Part shown: positions 26,358 to 39,697 of the stretch, piece after piece
Numbering within the stretch: position 1 is the stretch's first letter
How the letters are laid out: every line of letters starts with the position of its first letter
Source of the DNA: Yuukianura sp. NJ FZ-2021
Taxonomy: Eukaryota
Direction of reading: 5' to 3'
DNA: 64,000 bases
Assembly: GCA_046563655.1 (NCBI GenBank)
Contig: CM102287.1
Location: 7,564,001-7,628,000 of the forward strand
The notes under the pieces: generated by a model
Told to the model about the DNA's origin: nothing
What the model saw: the letters and a program-made list of their open reading frames with translations, nothing else
Databases searched by the model: none
Program-made: the position numbers and the translations under genes

Positions 26358-28442
26358 ATGTGGAAGGTGCGTGAACTGGCGGACAAGGTGTAAGTACCCA
26401 TATGCCGTTAACCTCAACATAACGTATTTCGTATTTACACTTATCCGCTAATTTGTCTTTTGTGATTTAATTTTAGGACGAATGTTGTAATGAACTACAC
26501 CGAAATAGAAGCAAAAGTTCGGGAGGCGACAAATGATGGTAACTGTTTAACTCAGATTAGACTAAGAAACGAAACAACTACTAAAGGTAAAATCGATTTT
26601 TTCTATTTTCAGATCCATGGGGTCCCACAGGTGAGTGTTAAAGATGTACAAACTCCTGTAATTATTGTTAGACTACTACTATATCTAATAACGATTTTTT
26701 TGGATTTCAGGTACAATTCGACATGAATTAGCACAGGCCACGTTCTCCTATGATCAGTTTCCGGAGGTGATGGGAATGTTATGGAAAAGAATCGCCGAAA
26801 ATAAGAGAAGTCCCCGCAGAATTTACAAGGTAAAAAAGGAAAACGGCTTGGTTTTAATTCCGACGTTCACGCAGCGTCGTAAATGTTAAAACAGTATAAA
26901 ATATCTGTTATATCTTTTTCAGAGTCTCCTGCTCGTCCATCATTTGCTTTTAAACGGGTCAGACCGTGTCATTCGAGCCACCACTGACCGTCTTTACGAA
27001 ATTAGGCAGCTTCAAGATTATCACGTCGTATATGAACCTGGGTTCAACTTGTCCTCCATAATTCCTGTCGATGAGTACAAAGATGGTGAGATGAACGTCC
27101 GTGTTAAAGCAAAAGAGATTGTAGAGCTTGTTCAGGTAAGATTCGAACCATCACCAGGAGCCAAAACCTTTAAAATAGTAAATTAAGAGAAACTGAATAT
27201 TCCAACTTTGTTATAAAGGACGAGGAGAGGCTGCGGGAGGATCGAAAGAAAGCCAAGAAGAATCGAGACAAGTACGTGGGAATTGGGTCGGATCGGTCGG
27301 CGAGCAAATGGAACGATTTCGACGAGGACCTCCAATTTCCGCGCCAATCGTCCAAATATGATGACTTTGATGGAGATGATGATAACAACTCTGTGGGAGT
27401 TGCCTCGAAATCTAGAACTGCCAACAACAAGGACAAAGATAGTCCGAAATCGGCTAAATCAATCAACATCAAGCTAAGAGCCAACGAGGATGACGACGAC
27501 TTCAATCCTCGTGCTCATGAAGAAGTGTCCAGCTCCAATTCCTTTTCGTCAACAGCCAAGAAAAACAATTTTGGTGGAAAAAGCAGCGGTGACGGAGGAG
27601 ATTTTGCCGATTTCCAATCAGCTTTTGGTGGATCAGGTGCTAATAAGACGACAACAAATCAAAATCAAAGCTCAAGCCTTAGTATCTCAAACCGCAGCGG
27701 AGCAATACACGAGAGTCAGGACTTCTTTGCAGTGAATCCAACACCACAACAGTCAGCGACGTCTTCCAATGTCAACAGCAGCATAGACTTACTTGGTCTC
27801 GACATGAGTCCTTCCATCCTTTCAACCACAGCTCAAACACAACACGTGATAGGTAGCAATAGTTCAACGCTTAGTTCCAGTTTCGATGCGTTCCAAAGTT
27901 TTCAGGCAGGACCGGTTCAGAACTTGGGACAAGGACAATGGAGTGGACAGGGTGCAACACTATTTAATGTCGGCGGATCAGGAACTGGCCAAACAGTATT
28001 TCCAGCCGCACCGTCTCCAAGCTTTCAACAACCGTTTCAATTCCAGCAGCAGCAACAACCGCCACAAGTACAGCAGCAGCAGAACCTTCTATTTGGAGGT
28101 CCGAATGACGACATTGACCCACTTTCTGGCGGAGTTGGACTCCTTCAACCACAACAAGTCAAAAACTGTAACAACAATCATGTCGTCTCTTCTGGCGGTG
28201 GCAGTACTGGCAAGATCGAAACAACCAAAAAAGCATTGGAGGTAAAACTCAAGTCACTGGGATTTTCTTAGCTGAAACTTATAAAAATTGAGCAATTGAC
28301 TAATCGATTGACGTCATTTCAGGGTACGACGTGGTCAGGTTTGAACATTTCCATTGACGACTTGACGCTTTCGTCTAATAAACCGAAGCCCGTGGCGCAA
28401 CCAAGTATGAATCAACTTACTACACGACCGAAGCCCTTTTGA
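26358..28442 (+). CDS. CLINT1: Epsin-related protein / clathrin interactor 1 (ENTH domain; lqfR/CLINT1)
   Basis: Exons 26358-26389, 26477-26538, 26613-26630, 26711-26829, 26923-27135, 27219-28241 and 28323-28442. The protein starts MWKVRELADKVTNVVMNYTEIEAKVREATNDDPWGPTG and contains DDDFNPRA, a DFADF adaptor motif and the C-terminal TWSGLNISIDDL. Confidence 0.92.
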
Positions 28443-28887
28443 TGTCGTAAGATACGAAAGCGAAGGAATGAAGTAAAACACGAGTATTAAGGGATTAAAT
28501 GTCCAATGAAGTGTGCCTTGACCAACCTTCTGCCAATTCAATTCAACTACTAACACAATGTCACAGTCTCGCAGTACTTGTCCCTACATTTTTCTTATTC
28601 CCCCAATTCCCATGTCATTGAACTAATAATATAGTAGAACGATAAATTTAACCTGAAACCCCTCCTCTTATGATTTGTTTTGAAATAATTTACTATTCTC
28701 GTCCTTTACAGTAAATTCTACAGAGTAAAAAATCCAAGTTCTTACGACTATGGAGTATGAAAACCATTAGGTCAAAAGTTCATTCTTACTAAAGTATTTT
28801 TTGATTCCTGAGATAACCTAAGTTTAGTCCGATTAAGACAGTCCTAGATAGAAACTACAGATTAAAAAAAGAAAAGTTCTTACACTT

Positions 28888-30650
28888 CTATGAGAACCAT
28901 CTCAAGTCATCGTCGTCGTCGTCAACATCCAGCCTCAAAATGTCCGCATCGTCGTCATCGTCAACATTGCGGCTTGAAGTGACGGAATGGTCGTCGTCTC
29001 CATTCCGGCTTGAAATGTCAGCAATGTCCTTGTCACCATTCCGGCTTGAAATGTCAGCACCGTCCATGTCAACATCCCGCCTTGAAATGTCGCCATGGTC
29101 GTCGTCATCGTCTTCTTCATCATCGCTGAGGTTAGGTCCTTGGTATGATGATTTGAGTACTCCGTTTGTAGTGATTCCATTGTATGGAGTGTACTTGGGC
29201 ACTTCAACTGGGACGGATGTCTTTGGTTTGGGTGGCGGCGGTGGGAACAATTCAAAAATCAGATCATTAGTAGACGAAATCGTTTGAATAGCATGTTGCT
29301 GTTCAGCGTAGTTGTCGTGGTTCGATTTGTTTGGTTGTTCACTATTTGGCTTGACAGCTGCAGCCGCAGCAGCTTGACGCATACGCGCTTTCTCTTTGGC
29401 TATTCTCAGCGCCATTCCGATCTTATCTTCGGAGGCGCTGATCGTGGAAACCCGAGGTGGTTCAAATACTGCTGGAGCAGGAGAAGTTGGCGACGTCATT
29501 TGAGGTTCCTTGCGCTGGTTTAAGACGTTCTTGGTCTTCGTAGGTTTCTCGTAAGACGATTTCGTTTTAGGTTTAGGTGGAATAAACACGTCTTTACGAA
29601 CAGACGAAGATGATTTCGTTTTGGCAGCGACAGGTTGAGTTTTAGCGTAGATTACTGGCGGTGGATGAAACGTTTTCTTCCCATTAGTAGTTTTAGCGTG
29701 AGTTACTGGAGGCGGATGAAAAGCCTTTTTCCCATTTACAGTTTTGGCATAACGATGACGTTTCTGCATTGTCTTCTCTTTGGCTAGTCTGATGGCCTTC
29801 TCGATTTTGTTTTCTTCCATGAAGCTGGAAATCTGAGGAAGTTCAGGTAATGGAGGCGCAAGAATGTCTTCCTTGCTTGGTTTCGGAACACTCTTTGCCG
29901 CTTTTTCGTAAACATGACGAAATACTGGATTTTCCAGCGTAGGAGCAGTGAATGTCTTCTCTTTTTGCTGTAGAAAGAAGCTATCGGTGGTTTCTTCATC
30001 CAAGTATTCTATCGGCATGATGACATCCGGAATTCGAATTGAAAATTCTCCAGTTGACTTCCGAGAGCAGTAAGTCGCTTTTTCTTCCTCATCCCTAAAC
30101 GTATAACTGCCAATCTTCTTCCAGGAAGGTTTCGGGGTCAACGCGAAACCGGGATCCCCGACTTGAGTTGACAAGTGGGAATTGAATTCTGCCCAAACCA
30201 GAAAATCACGATCGCCTGGGTTTTCATAATGTTCCTTCTCATGAAGCTTGCGTGGTCGCCTCATCGCTGCAATCCTGTGCCGAAGCGTTGCAGCATCTTT
30301 GCCACTTTTTACATCTACACTTAGGCTTTGACGTCCCATTTCGTTCTGAACGTCGTATGGAATACAACGGGAAAACATATACTCAAATTCTGAGGAAACT
30401 GGAAACGCTGCGGAGTCTGTCAAAGAAACGGCATCTGCGTCCGCCAAAGGAATTGTTTCTAGTGTTATGTAGTCGCCCTTTCGGTCATCAACCTACAAAA
30501 CGGAATATCAAAATTACAAATGCTATAATATCTGGACGGATGACGGCGGCGGCTATGTACACAAACACAACTGAGATGAATGTATCAAAATTGGTTACGC
30601 AAATTGAATAGCCTTACCAGCATCACAGCCGAATCCGATTGTTTCTCCAT
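28888..30650 (-). CDS. Uncharacterised ~545-aa Lys/Pro-rich protein with internal repeats and acidic tail
   Basis: An 11-codon first exon (30618-30650, MEKQSDSAVML|gtaagg) is spliced in phase 0 to the long open exon 28888-30492. No family recognised. Confidence 0.65.
28933..29100 (-). repeat. 36-nt coding tandem repeat (12-aa units, DISSRNGD…-like, about 4-5 copies)
   Basis: cattccggcttgaaatgtcagca occurs at 29001 and 29037, with degenerate copies flanking it at the same period. Confidence 0.85.
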
Positions 30651-32127
30651 TGCTCTAACGATGTAATCAGCCTAAAGGGTTCCAGCAAGATGAAAGTGTG
30701 AAAATGTCGCCTTCTCGCACTGAAAAGAATTCGACTACATTGTAGGAACTGCTAATTCTGGATCGAGTACTAATGAAATGATGAATAAGTTACCAATTTA
30801 GAGGGTCTTGTATCTAACTGAAACTTGACGACAGAGCGATACTCCCCTGATAGGTTACTGAGCCGCGGTTAGTTGCTAATTATAATTAAAAATGAGAGCA
30901 CTGCTCAAGAATGGTTTAAATTGAGCCATCGGAGGCGACTTTAGCGGAGGAGAGCCAGCAGCACAAGGCCATAAACGACGCACAAGAGCTTAAAATTTTT
31001 AATGGGTTGAATTCCATTTCATTACGAAGGACTCAGGAAGCACGCTTTTTAGTGTTGTTTTGAAAGACTACACACACGTTGTGAGTGATAACAGCGCGCA
31101 GAGAATGGCACTCATTCAGGAATGCGACCAAATTTAAGAGCTCACTCAATCATCGGCATGATTTCTCCCGTTCATCCTTATACATAAGTACTCTCCGCTC
31201 AAGCGAGTTGTGGAGTTATTCATCATCTTGTTTTTGTTATTGTTATTCTTCGTACAACTAATGTTTAACTGATTATCCACGTGACACTCTTCGGATGCCA
31301 AAAATCAATGCATTTGTATTAAGTGAAACTTGTTTGTAGTGGACGTCGATGGAGATACAGATTTAAGGCACTATTGTTAGGTTGGAAAGTCTTACTCTTA
31401 CATGTAAAACGTTCATACCACGGACCAATGAGCTTTTAAGAATGTCCACTATGGCAAGGTTCCATTTTCAGAAAGTACACTGCATACAAGCTTCTATTTT
31501 TGTTTAATTGTGCAAGTTAATTAATAAGGAGTTGTAATAATAAATGAAACAATTGTCTTCTAATCCAATTATGCCGACTTCTGATCACAACAAAAATGTC
31601 ATTCAAGTTGTCTGGCGGGAGCCGCCACACAAAGGAAGGGTGAAATTGGCACGTCTGGGCAGTGTAGTACTGATTCTATTAATTCTAAATTTGAGAGTTA
31701 AATAATACTTATTTTAATTGAGTCTTAACAATAATAAAATATAATTTAACTGTTTCGGCTACAAAATTTCCTAAAATGACATTACGTGGCGAAAATTTAA
31801 TTTCTCACGTTTTTCCGTTTACAGGAACAAACCGAAGCATCTCGGCGGCCAACTTTACCGATTCAAGTAAATTCTCCAAAATACAAAAACAACAACAAAA
31901 ACATCAAACAAGCATCCCTTCAACAGGTGGAGGTGGTACTGGTAAAACTAAACTGATCAACTAATTAAGACAAACCACTTAAATCTTAATTAATTGTTGA
32001 TTGATGGTGATGTGATGCTAATTTGGTTTTTATTTGAAAGTTGATCGTTCAACTATTCGTCTTCCATCCAATCCAACAACAGCAAGACTCTACAAAGTTA
32101 TTGTTTTTACTGCGTAAACTAAACGAA

Positions 32128-35100
32128 ATGGCGGATTTTGATATGGAGGAATTGGATTCACAGTCTATTATTACTCCTCCAGGATCTCCAATTCTGGGCT
32201 ACACCAGATCTAGACTGCTTGACGATGCTAGATTTGCCTTAACTACGCTGGACGACGATATCTCAGGTTATTCTCGAACATTATTATGTCATTTTTTGTC
32301 CGTGGGAATCAATATACTTGAAAGAATTTAAAATATGGTCTATTTTTCTCTCAGGTCCTGAAAGGCTGTTCAATTGTAAAGGACCGATCATCCATAGCGA
32401 CAAAACGTTCAGCTCGGAAGGACTGTTTCGTCGAGGAGAAATTAGCCTAAGCATTGACATAGTTAAGTCTACGACCTCGATTGACAATAGACTGCTAGCA
32501 GGAACACATAAGTTTTTCGGGTTCGACTTTGACCTAACGGAAGAAGACGGCGTCATAGCTTTAATTTCTGCGGTACGAAAACGGGTTACGTCGGTTGAAA
32601 TTTTGACAAGGCATCCAACGTCTAACGGGTTGCAACAATTTACAAATGGATCGACAGATTCTGACACTGGATTTGCTCAGCGTCTGGAGATAGCTAGATT
32701 TTCCAATTTTTTGGTACAGAATCGAGGAATATTCACTCCATTCGACAGTATTTTTAACGGATTAATTCTTACCCTCAGCTCAGTAAAGGATTGGCCACCT
32801 TGCCTTCAAGATCACAACGGCTCACCAAATGGCAATGAGGTAATTTTGTAAATACAAAATTTTACACACGAACATTTAATTTATGTGTTTACGCATTTTT
32901 ATTTTCAGTGCACCTCAGCCGAGTTTCATTTATTCCATACCCACCTCGAGCTTCGATGGAGGCTACTTGTTTACTTCAAATTAAGAACTGACATTCTGCA
33001 TTGGGTTATGGATGATCTCATATATCTGGCCTTTCTAAAATTTAAGACTTCACATTCTTCAAACACCAAAACCTCATTTAACTGCTACTGCGTTTTGGAG
33101 TTCTGGGCAATGCTGCGTTTATTAGTTGAAGAACTTCTTCCTGATGGGGTAATCCAATTTCAAATCGATCTCAATTTTTTTCCAAAGCCAGATTAACTCA
33201 TCTTCCACTTTTCACTCACTTTTCTTTTTTGTTACAGAAAACATTTGCGGATCTGGTCAAGTCAAGGATTCGTCAAATACAAGTTGACGCGACTGATTTG
33301 TTTCCAGTATGGTTGACTTTGAGTCTATCCCAACTGACTGCTTATGAAGCAACCGGTGAATGGAATCCATTGCGCAAACCCACTACTGAAACTGAACGGC
33401 TCGAACTTTATGAAATCCTGAAGCAATGGCTAATAGCGAACCGGAACGCATCCCCTGGAACACTTATTCGTGTTCATTCTTTAATTCGTGATTTCCTCCC
33501 GCAGTTTGGATCAGACTTGACCTGTATTATGATGCTGTGGCTATACTGGCTGCCCAGACTTGATAAGGGATATGAAGGTAAAACGTAAAAACCTCTCGAT
33601 CGAACACTGGAATACTTTTGTTACTGACATTTATTAACAGAGTACTTTTTTTAAGTTTAGCTCGTAACATGGACCATTACTCGACTTCCACAAAATGGGT
33701 TCGTCTTGTAACGCGAATTTGTGGAACTACTAATGCCAATGCCGAGATGGATCCGGATAGCTTATCGTCAGAGCCTTTTCTTACATTCCTCATACTGTTG
33801 GTGGAGATCATTAACCAGTGCACAGTGAAGGATTGGAAAAAATTAAGGGCTGGAATTTGCAACCGTTTAACAGCGAAAGTAATCGAAGGATTTGGCGAAA
33901 ACGGATTGACAAGAATGACAACGCTGATTCTCTGTATGGCATTCATAGCCAAAACCGACGTTGTTGAACTGGTGAGGCTTTTTAGAACTTTTTCAACTCC
34001 AGTGTATCGATGTGAAAAATATTTGTTGGTTTTATTTATTTTCGATTTACTTTTGTATTACTTTAGTGCCAACAGTTGAATAATTTGCTGAATTTCGGAA
34101 AAGAATCATTGCGACGTGTCACATTCCGTGGACGCAGTGCCATGATTTTGCTGCTGCTTCACAAAGGATTGCCAGTTGGAGCTTGCAGTGCTCCGTTGAT
34201 GAAAATCGTTGACGAGATTATGGGCACACTCCATCGAAATCCAGCAGAACGTGATACAGCCATGGCTTACTGGGATTTGATCCAAAATCTTCCTACAGTT
34301 TCACCACATTCTGATCTGGAACAATCTAAACTGATTAGCATCAATTTGACTCCTTGGTTGTCTACTTGTGGACAGAATTGTTTAGTCCGGACACTTCGAA
34401 TCCTTCACTCCCTATTTCATTCTTGGATTCTCAATACAAACACGGTTCCCACAATGGAGAAATCCGAAATTGCCAGACTAGTTGTGGAACGAGCAGATAC
34501 ATTTTTGCAACAATATATTATGACTGAAATGGAGTCCATTGACGTTGAACCGTTTGCTGATTTAGCCGTGGATTTCACAGTGTTCCAGAAACTGAACAGA
34601 AACTACACTGGAGCGTCTAGATTGTTTCAACTCTTTGCACTTTGTGCTCAAGCGGCTCCAAAAGTCAGTGAAGTCTACTTGGACCGTTTAATTGGTCACA
34701 CTGAATTTGGAGAATGGGATAATTCATTTGTGTCGGAAATTCAATTATCTCAAAGTTGGATTCGCCTTGTAGTGCTTGGAGTATCCGTTCCAGTACAATT
34801 GACAGCAAAGATCCTGAATCCGCATACTACTGAAAAGCCTATGGAAGCAATCTCTTCGTCCTTGAATTCAGACACTCTACTTCGACGATTCTGTGACTTT
34901 GTAAATTCCCGTGATTGTAATTGGACTAAAAGTCAATTGGCGGACATTTGGCGTCCTATTGATGAAGCCATCAAGATCGCTGTAACTATCCCCACCGCCA
35001 CTACTAAAAGCTACGATGCAGATACAGTTGAATCTGTGATAAATTCAGCGGTTAGTGTATTACAGAGGGCGCAGTTGGATAAAATCTATGCCAAAAATAC

Positions 35101-36203
35101 TCCCTCCAGCCTGGTGATACAAATTTTAGAGGCTGTCGTGCCTCACTTTCTTGGGAAGCCACCGTGGGAAAAACTTCCGCCAATCGTAGTCCAGACTCTG
35201 AGAAAATGCTTGGATAAGGTTAGTTAGTTGGAAGTTCATCGTATGAAAGAACGAAAGAAGCTTGCTTTAATCGATTAATTCATGATTATTTTGTGGTTTT
35301 CTAGATCTTCATTTTCATCAATTCAACTGACTGGGTACACGATCCGTTTTTAAAAAGAAAACTTTCAGATGCTTTTCGTTTTGCGTTCTTGGGATTCATC
35401 ACGACTGGAGATCTGGATGACGCCAATCCAGGTTTGGTAGGTTAACTTTGATATGTTAATTGATTACAACTACTGAACTTTGGCAAAAGCACGATATACT
35501 GGCAAGTATTATAATTTTCTGTCATTTTTAGTTGATTATGCGTCATATTGAAGACCTCAAGCCGATACCGGAACAACTCCTGTCGGAACTGCTCGGGAGT
35601 CTTCAACAATTAACGAAAGAAGACAAGTTCATGAAGCGATTTCTACTGGCATACCTTGGTTTCTTAAAACAGAGAATGGTGCTGACTACAACGTGGCTGT
35701 TTGGACTAGTGCTGGAACTAATGGTTGAAAAAGACAGTGAAGTTGTGGCAAAGTGCAACGGTTTACTGCTGAATTGTGTCGTGTTAGCTCTAAGCAGTCG
35801 CAGTCGTGATGGTACTACAACTTCATCTCAAACGACGACAAATCGTCTCGCCCTTGCCTTTGAAACGACCATGACAAAACATTTTTCGTTTCGGAGTAAA
35901 CGATTTTTTGACTTTTTCAATACACTTGTAAATCATGGAACAAAGAGGCCAGTAGTTCTTCAGCAATCGTTTCTTTCGAATCAAATTATACCGATGCTCA
36001 GAAATCAAATTCAATTGTCAGAAAGGAAGCAAGGTGGCGGTACGAATTCTGCGCTACGGTAAGTAAAAATTTACTCAATTGAACTACGTTTTCTATTCTT
36101 TCTTTTACTTTTGAGTAACGATTTTCGTCTTCTTTTTTCCAGGAATCAACTTAGCTTACTGGAAGCTAACTTGATCAAAGCAACTCAAATTATGAAATTT
36201 TAA
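32128..36203 (+). CDS. MMS22L: MMS22-like DNA repair protein
   Basis: Exons 32128-32266, 32355-32839, 32909-33148, 33238-33577, 33661-33971, 34067-35218, 35305-35436, 35532-36058 and 36143-36203. Motifs ITPPGSP, HLFHTHLELRW, FNCYCVLEFW and C-terminal ERKQGGGTNSALR resemble MMS22L (HLHLDIHW, CPCLKELW, EQKWGLGRN). Confidence 0.8.
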
Positions 36204-36624
36204 GAATCCAAACACAACTTCGACGCCATACGACATTAAATTAGAATTCAACCTCTACTTCATCAGAGATCACAAGGTGAAGCTTGTCATCGGTCATAAA
36301 TTTGTCTTGCGTAGTTGTTTTCGTTGTCGTTCTGTTTTGAGATTGAAGAATTTCAGAAAATCCGAAATCGGCGAGCCTCGATTCCTCTGAAATTGTGAAA
36401 TAGAACTAACAAAAGTAAGCCTACTGGACAAAAAAGTGACGAATAACTTAACAAATCAAATTGTAAAAAACTCAAACTTTAGTTTTATTTCGGTACATTA
36501 TAAAATTTCGTATCTGAAACATGAGGACTGCTAAAAATTTAAATGCTAATTAAATTTTGTTATTGTATGCAAATTAGTCCACTTTTGGAAGAAAGTGTTG
36601 GATGGGCAGTAAAGGTTTCTATAG

Positions 36625-38115
36625 TTAGCAGTGTGGCTTTCCATATTGTGGAGGAGCTGCGTAGTTCTGAGGCGGGGCGTGGTGGTACTGTGGAGCTGGA
36701 GCTGGGTATCCATAGGAACTATCAGTTTGGTAGTTGACGTGAACCGTGGGTACATATTGCGGTTGATGGTTGTAGGACGGAGAATAAGTATTAGTTGGTT
36801 GATATGGAGCTGGAGCTGGTTGGTAAGCTGGAGCTGGCTGGTAGGTAGCTGGCTGAGCCGGTTGGTAAGTAGTAGATTGCTGAGCCGGCTGGTAAGTAGT
36901 AGATTGCTGAGCCGGTTGGTAAGTAGTAGATTGCTGAGCCGGTTGGTAAGTAGTAGATTGCTGAGCCGGTTGGTAAGTAGTAGCTGGCTGAGCCGGCTGG
37001 TAAGTAGTAGTAGACGGAGCCGATTGGTATGTAGTAGCTGGTGGTGCTTGAGTCGTGGGAGCCTCACTGGCACTGTATGAAGTTGTGGCCATTTCGGTTG
37101 TGGTTGGAGCAGTGTAAGTGGTATGTGCTGGAGCTGGCTGGTATGACGGCATTGGTGCTGGAGCCGATTGATAAGCTGGAGTTGGCTGGTAGGACGTCAT
37201 TGGTGCTGGAGCCGATTGGTAGGCTGGAGCCGATTGGTAGGCTGGAGCTGGTTGATAAGCTGGAGCTGGTTGATGGTGGTAGGTTTGTGTGGGGGCTTTG
37301 TATGTTGGTTTGTGTTGGTACGGAACGTATGGTGCAGATTGGTAAGAAGTATATTGAGCTCCATACTGTTGACCTTGGTATTTGTTCTTGTGCAAGTACA
37401 TTGTTGCGGCGATATCAGCTGGCATTGGCGGAGGTGTTGGAAGATGGGCACCTGAAACCAGAAGATACAATTTTAGATCCGAATTCCTCGACAGCTCTTT
37501 CATTATTGCGCTTAATCGCTTACCTTTGGGGTGAAATCCGAATTCATCAGCGGTCCACGACAATTTGATCGGAATTCCCTCTGGGCTAGTGTACGAAACA
37601 CTTCCAGATTTCAGTAGTCCACCGTGTGAATTCCCATTGCTGATGGTAGATTCTTGCTGCTGAATTCCATTTCCAGCTTGGAAGCTATCAGAGAGAAAAA
37701 ATGCTGCATCAACAACAGGAATTTTTCACTTTTGGGTTAACCTTTGACCGTAACTTACTCATAGTTGTTTTGTTGACTTCCCGTAATTTGTTGACGGAAG
37801 TTATTGATGGGTACAAAGTTTTGATGAGATGCGGCGTAACCGTGGTGGTTGTATCCTCCGTAAGGTTTTGCTGCTGGAGCGTAGTTTTGTACTGGAGCGT
37901 AGTTTTGTACTGGAGCGTAGTTTTGTGCTGGAGCTTTGTACTCTGGAGCTGCTGGTGGGTTGTAGCCATAGGCTGCAGCGGTTCCGACAAACAAAATAAT
38001 TCCGAACTGCAAAGAAAAATGGAAAATTCAACAAAAACTTTGCTACCAAAAAATGTTGGAACGACAAATTTTAAATTGTATTTGCTTTTCTAAATTTTAA
38101 ACTTACAATGTTCAT
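36625..38115 (-). CDS. RR-1 cuticular protein (Rebers-Riddiford chitin-binding domain) with Ala/Pro/Tyr/Gln/Thr repeats
   Basis: Exons 38107-38115 (MNI), 37759-38006, 37524-37684 and 36625-37451. It has a signal peptide and the R&R consensus YDFQAGNGIQQQE…[36 protein letters not shown]. Confidence 0.92.
36852..37040 (-). repeat. 27-nt coding tandem repeat (TTYQPAQQS, about 6-7 copies)
   Basis: gctgagccggttggtaagtagtagatt recurs at 27-nt period from 36852. Confidence 0.95.
37874..37934 (-). repeat. 18-nt coding tandem repeat (QNYAPV x3)
   Basis: ctggagcgtagttttgta is repeated three times. Confidence 0.9.
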
Positions 38116-38211
38116 GATGATGGTTGAAGGTGCTTCCGAATTTCTGAAAGTTGCAATTCAATTTTGTTTTCTTTCGAATTTTGGCTTGAAAATGACTTGA
38201 TGAAACTGTCC

Positions 38212-38218
38212 TTATATA
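38212..38218 (-). promoter_or_regulatory. TATA box of the cuticular protein gene
   Basis: TATATAA on the minus strand lies about 30 nt upstream of an Inr-like TCATTT (~38186) and about 100 nt upstream of the ATG. Confidence 0.6.
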
Positions 38219-39588
38219 CTGATTCGGAGAAGGCCCTTAAGGGTCTCCTTCCAGACATTCGAAAACTGTTTAACAAGAGAAAGTGAAACTATGTCAAGTC
38301 CAAACTTTTCCCGTGCTAAGTGATCCTAAGGTCATATTTGTGTTTTGTTGTGTTTTTAGATCCATTTTTGTTCAGTTGAATTTTCAAGGTTCTCAGGTAA
38401 GTCTCAAAATAGAATCGCTTTCGATTTCTGAACTTTCTCTTACAGCGTCCTCCGGAAATAAAAAAAAATTAATCTTGTTTTGTTCAAAACCGAAATTCAT
38501 TGTGACAGGATTCGGTTTTCTTTGTAACTGCTAAGACCTTTCATGGATTTCTAAAAATTTGATGCTTTTTAGATACACCCTCAAGCATTTTCCCATGGAA
38601 CTTTTTAGAACGTGCCGTTAACACTTGTAGTCGGATTTTAACAATCCTTTTTGTCTGCGTTTTGAATTTTTCTAGAAATTCCAAAATTTCCGTCTGCTCT
38701 GCACACATTCGGAAACGGGCGGATCATTTGACAGAAGAAAATTGGTTGTTTTAGCTCCTGTAGATTCCAGTAGATTTTCAGTGGAGTTTTCAATCGTCGC
38801 TGCCAATTTTAGTTAAAGTGGAAAAAATTCAAGCGATTTGGTTTTGTGTACTTTTCTACTTCGTTGGGCTAGGTTTTGTGGTAAGTCCTTTGTAATTTTA
38901 TTTTGACATTAAAAATTCTTAGAGGACGCAGATTGAGCGCAGTAGCAACGTTAAGATGAGATAAAATTATAATTCTGAGTTAAATTAAATCACTATGACG
39001 CTCTTTACTGTCGACGTAAGGTCAAGTCCAAGGCTAAGAGGTCACTAGATGACAATTAACTACCATCTTAATCTCTAGGGCCTACTTCAACTCAAACAAA
39101 ATTCCCATACGATTTGGAATTAAAAAATTAAAAGGCGTCAGCAGTTTTTCGTGCGTAATTTCGCGCGCGAGTTAATTTTTTGTTGATCACAACAAAATTA
39201 ACCACTTAATGGCGGACGTAATTAAAAGTGTTTTTGACAGATTCTGAAATTAGTCACTCTTAAAAAATATCCTGAGTAAACCATCATAAATTTGACATGA
39301 CGTTAAACCCTGGTGGGTTCGACGTGATTTTGTGACTTGTCATAGTCACATGTAAGATTTGTGACACTTTGGAGATACAAGAATGTTGGCAAATGGACAT
39401 ATGTAATACTTTGCACTTGGAAATGTTTGACAGCAGGGCTAGAATCTTCTTGAATGCGTAAAAGGGTGATGATGGAAGCATAAGCAAGGTGACCTAATAC
39501 CGTGACCTCTTGCTCTATTTCAGCGATTAGCCGGCGACGGATTCGTGAAGATCCATCCAGAGCCCACGAGTCGTTCGACTAGAAAGCC

Positions 39589-39621
39589 TATAAATAAACC
39601 CTAAGCCTTGCAATTCAGTGT
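39589..39621 (+). promoter_or_regulatory. TATA + Inr core promoter of the Cys-rich peptide gene
   Basis: TATAAATA at 39589 is followed about 27 nt later by Inr-like TCAGTG, then TCAGTT. Confidence 0.7.
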
Positions 39622-39697
39622 CAGTTTTTGCGTGTGCCTTTGTACAAACTCAAGATCACAAAAACAGAATCAGTTCCTCATTCATACTGCCAAAAAC

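Noticed and set aside
28443..28887. Tel2-coding exon fused to lqfR as in Drosophila
   Set aside because: No Tel2-like ORF follows on the plus strand; the next gene is convergent.
36546..38093. Many overlapping long ORFs on both strands
   Set aside because: They are shadow frames of the repetitive cuticular protein CDS.
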